27,868 nucleotides of DNA from a virus (Duplodnaviria; Caudoviricetes), in the IMG/VR virus record IMGVR_UViG_3300047282_000383, positions 1-27,868 of that record; one strand, 5' to 3'. The notes below the pieces were generated by a model. The model made no database searches. It was not told where the DNA came from and was given only the letters and a program-made list of their open reading frames with translations. Below are positions 26,401 to 27,868 of the stretch, piece after piece. The first letter of the stretch is position 1; every line of letters begins with the position of its first letter. The position numbers and the translations under genes are program-made.

Positions 26401-27868
26401 GGATCGTCCGCCCCTGGCCAGGGCAAGCATCTGCTCGTCTGTGACCGGTCGGCCCATGAGGCGGGTGACTTCCTTGCGGGCGGCAGCCCTGCGTGCCTCG
26501 TTCATGCCCTCGAATCCTGCGGCAACGTTGAACACACGCCGCACGTTTCCCGCTCGATTGATCACGAAACCGTACCTGATGTGTCGAGCAGCTGCTACCT
26601 TGCGTGCAAGCTCGGCCTGCAACTTGGGGTTAGCGGTAAGCATGCCGGTCTCGTTGAAGTACTTGCCGCCAATGATGCGGCCCTCCCTAACTGTCGCCCC
26701 ACCAAGCCAGGTGCCGACAACGTGGTCGATCTGAGCGCCGGTTGCGGCTGCCCTGTTTACATACGAGCGAATTCCGTCAGATCCTGCATTTGCGAATTCG
26801 TCCGCAAGCCCGACCATATCCTGGAAGACAAAGCGCTGCGCGTTGATTGCGCCGATAGTTGCGGCCTCATCAGTGGACTGACCAACCAGCATGCCAGTAA
26901 GGCGCTTGGTCATCTCGTCGCCGTGCGACTGCAGAGTTGTGGTTGCTTCCTTCTGCCAGTCTACCTCGCCGAGGTTCTTTGACTGAATCTCGCCAGCGCG
27001 GAGTCGGTTGACGCGGCGGGCCTTCCAGACCTGCAGGTCTCCGGCAGTAGGATCAAAGACGCCGTCAAGGTTCTTCTTGCCGGCAGTGCTGAGGATCTGT
27101 TCTACTTCGTATGCAAGGTCGATCTCGTTTGTACCATACAGTTCGCCGAGGGAGCGGCCGGCCTCGTTGGCGTTGTTGACCAGCACTTGCTGTACGGTAC
27201 CCTCAAACTCACCATTGCGGATTGATCGCGCCGCCTCCATCGTGTCGCTGACCAGCTGCTCGGTGGCAGCCGCCGCAGTGTCGCTGATGTTGGACAGAGC
27301 CATGTCCCTGGCGGTGGAGAGGGCTGCTCCTTGGCTGGCTAGGCCGAGCCTACGGACAACAACCCTCTCCGTTCCGCGGGCGAAGGGTCCTGCTGCAGTC
27401 TTCTCGATTGTATCGTATAGATCAGATCCGAATGCCTTTGGTGCAGCCTCTGCGATCTTCACGGCAAAGGCGCCCTTGATTGCGTCAGAGACGCCAGCGA
27501 CCTTGTCGAACAGACCAGCGTGCAGGTCTGCGATATACTTGTACTTGCCAAGGCTTCCCAGCGGTCGGCCGGTGGCTTGCATTGCCTGAACAAGCCGGAT
27601 CTTACGCGAAAGGTCAAAACCAACACCGGCTCGCAATGATCGTGGAAGCTTGGAGATGATGGTCGCTGCGCCCTTGTATCCTGCGGCAGCACCGGCGGCA
27701 AGCCCGATAGTCCCAGCACCGGCACCGGCAGCAGCGCCGCCACCAACACCGACTACCTTGAGAGCCGCAGGTAGGAGGGCAACCTTTCCGGCAATAAATG
27801 GAGTGAGGTTCAGCGGATCAAGGAGGAGAGAGGCAGCCAGGTTTAGCGCTCGGTCATCAGAGAATGAC
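23446..27868 (-). CDS. Giant virion-associated protein (>1470 aa, 5' end outside window), probable internal/ejection protein
   Basis: The frame stays open from 27636 to the window edge, adding LLLDPLNL..VGVGGGAAAGAGAGTIGLAAGAAAG; Ala/Gly-rich and helical; located in the head module. Confidence 0.75.
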   Translation of the reverse strand, partial: SFSDDRALNLAASLLLDPLNLTPFIAGKVALLPAALKVVGVGGGAAAGAGAGTIGLAAGAAAGYKGAATIISKLPRSLRAGVGFDLSRKIRLVQAMQATGRPLGSLGKYKYIADLHAGLFDKVAGVSDAIKGAFAVKIAEAAPKAFGSDLYDTIEKTAAGPFARGTERVVVRRLGLASQGAALSTARDMALSNISDTAAAATEQLVSDTMEAARSIRNGEFEGTVQQVLVNNANEAGRSLGELYGTNEIDLAYEVEQILSTAGKKNLDGVFDPTAGDLQVWKARRVNRLRAGEIQSKNLGEVDWQKEATTTLQSHGDEMTKRLTGMLVGQSTDEAATIGAINAQRFVFQDMVGLADEFANAGSDGIRSYVNRAAATGAQIDHVVGTWLGGATVREGRIIGGKYFNETGMLTANPKLQAELARKVAAARHIRYGFVINRAGNVRRVFNVAAGFEGMNEARRAAARKEVTRLMGRPVTDEQMLALARGGRSSRITILRGDSLIDTEVSKWAQAHEMLKRMDVTAEEIGALNLPAEFTGEISTILRKGANEDTAAAISKRHAVWGRHAGLQFADVRNLEYASAGGAAAPSQIRGLLESAMQNDAAFTAAKEADLAQLRQLWQAAGGSADDIDALDKSVRAAGYRLGIAPESGIINVPSTMSVRDAAGQIKRVTINVATPYVDITSDFIDGFRDLANKPVVGFFGGTLRRMFAPVYQSEITGRARQKMISSLAPYMTPDEIVLFDSKINELAAEQRIGVRGLVSAFNGKSDIYNAADAAIRELSNGDDLARRIATAVRDGNPRLDIDTAVLRAYAGDVSTSGVTQWITGQIKANGLPGIGAGKAIAKLTENFYPTLKYSYNPLFWAQEIIESPFFGEARGLRRAEMEESLIRAGFSKNVPDGKGGFKKVADAQAVRNMLGERGSAVARNLHEAAFGTMVASRSGIPTTLRAGLESESVVGMIRRLRSGTRSTLDDIAEFKEAHRDMMAMRETAEGWSRHIAKTQPDQFLRLTERYGTDELDQLLGYLGEHRRAVDLGWGTEALGGLTPPGYGFAVRPSSAGLGRVRASAEVFVPFSESAEGLSLLATGRPRDFLRLARINILDEARAAGYDVTRLEQRFSSLEDAARRVKQDLPSYGVENIKASDSYKVLNQEVTALKKEVVEGLGMQAVRSQTDEVIVRELYGAFSPEMTSLEKFDGVMGALAQGRRYGMKFRMLGGVVEEVFQRAGGNSLFNMSQAQAQEQIRNVVKNLMQADDTALRVQTRRVAKILNDSAIRMIEDHGAQEAMFRATAYRYQEAARQMDKVNYFNPDRGVLERTMNHQFLGLYPLSYMFGKVLPEATRFLFWRPFGAIAPGAGYQAYSKITEYLGREGFAPNFEEQGIQRPDYLFLLSQLIPGHPDDISVGVPGWLRRSISTVSRQGYDQLTAANMFGEVGKAVTDTGVLGAGKTTLTAIQELLTPPDKRKQQEDQNIITTLR

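Noticed and set aside
1-27868. Window as a complete circular genome joining the two truncated giant ORFs
   Set aside because: The leftover bases at the two ends total 2 nt, so the join is out of frame; terminase and portal are also missing.

Overview
Part of a tailed dsDNA bacteriophage genome; both ends of the window cut through very large minus-strand genes. From left to right: (i) a >=1120-aa minus-strand polyvalent protein (3361 to <1, missing from the ORF track) with ASCH-like, permuted SLOG and NADAR-like domains; (ii) a divergent, hairpin-rich control region; (iii) a plus-strand early-type cassette of small genes (SSB-like, RadC/JAB, HhH-glycosylase-like, many orphans), marked by four copies of the 17-nt motif CGGTTRGATTGGCGTAG and closed by a strong terminator; (iv) a minus-strand DNA-metabolism and lysis block (DEDD exonuclease, Cas4-like nuclease, ERF annealase, SSB-like, Hjc-like resolvase, Nmad1, zincin, DnaB, RlpA-like lysin); (v) a minus-strand virion block (giant ejection-type protein, scaffold, N4-gp56-like capsid with an inserted beta domain, head-tail adaptor, Dit-like, Tal-like with a DNRLRE domain). 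An AT-rich, origin-like patch lies inside the 3' end of the tail gene. I found no terminase, portal, polymerase, integrase, tRNA or CRISPR array. All family calls come from motif recognition by eye, not database searches.
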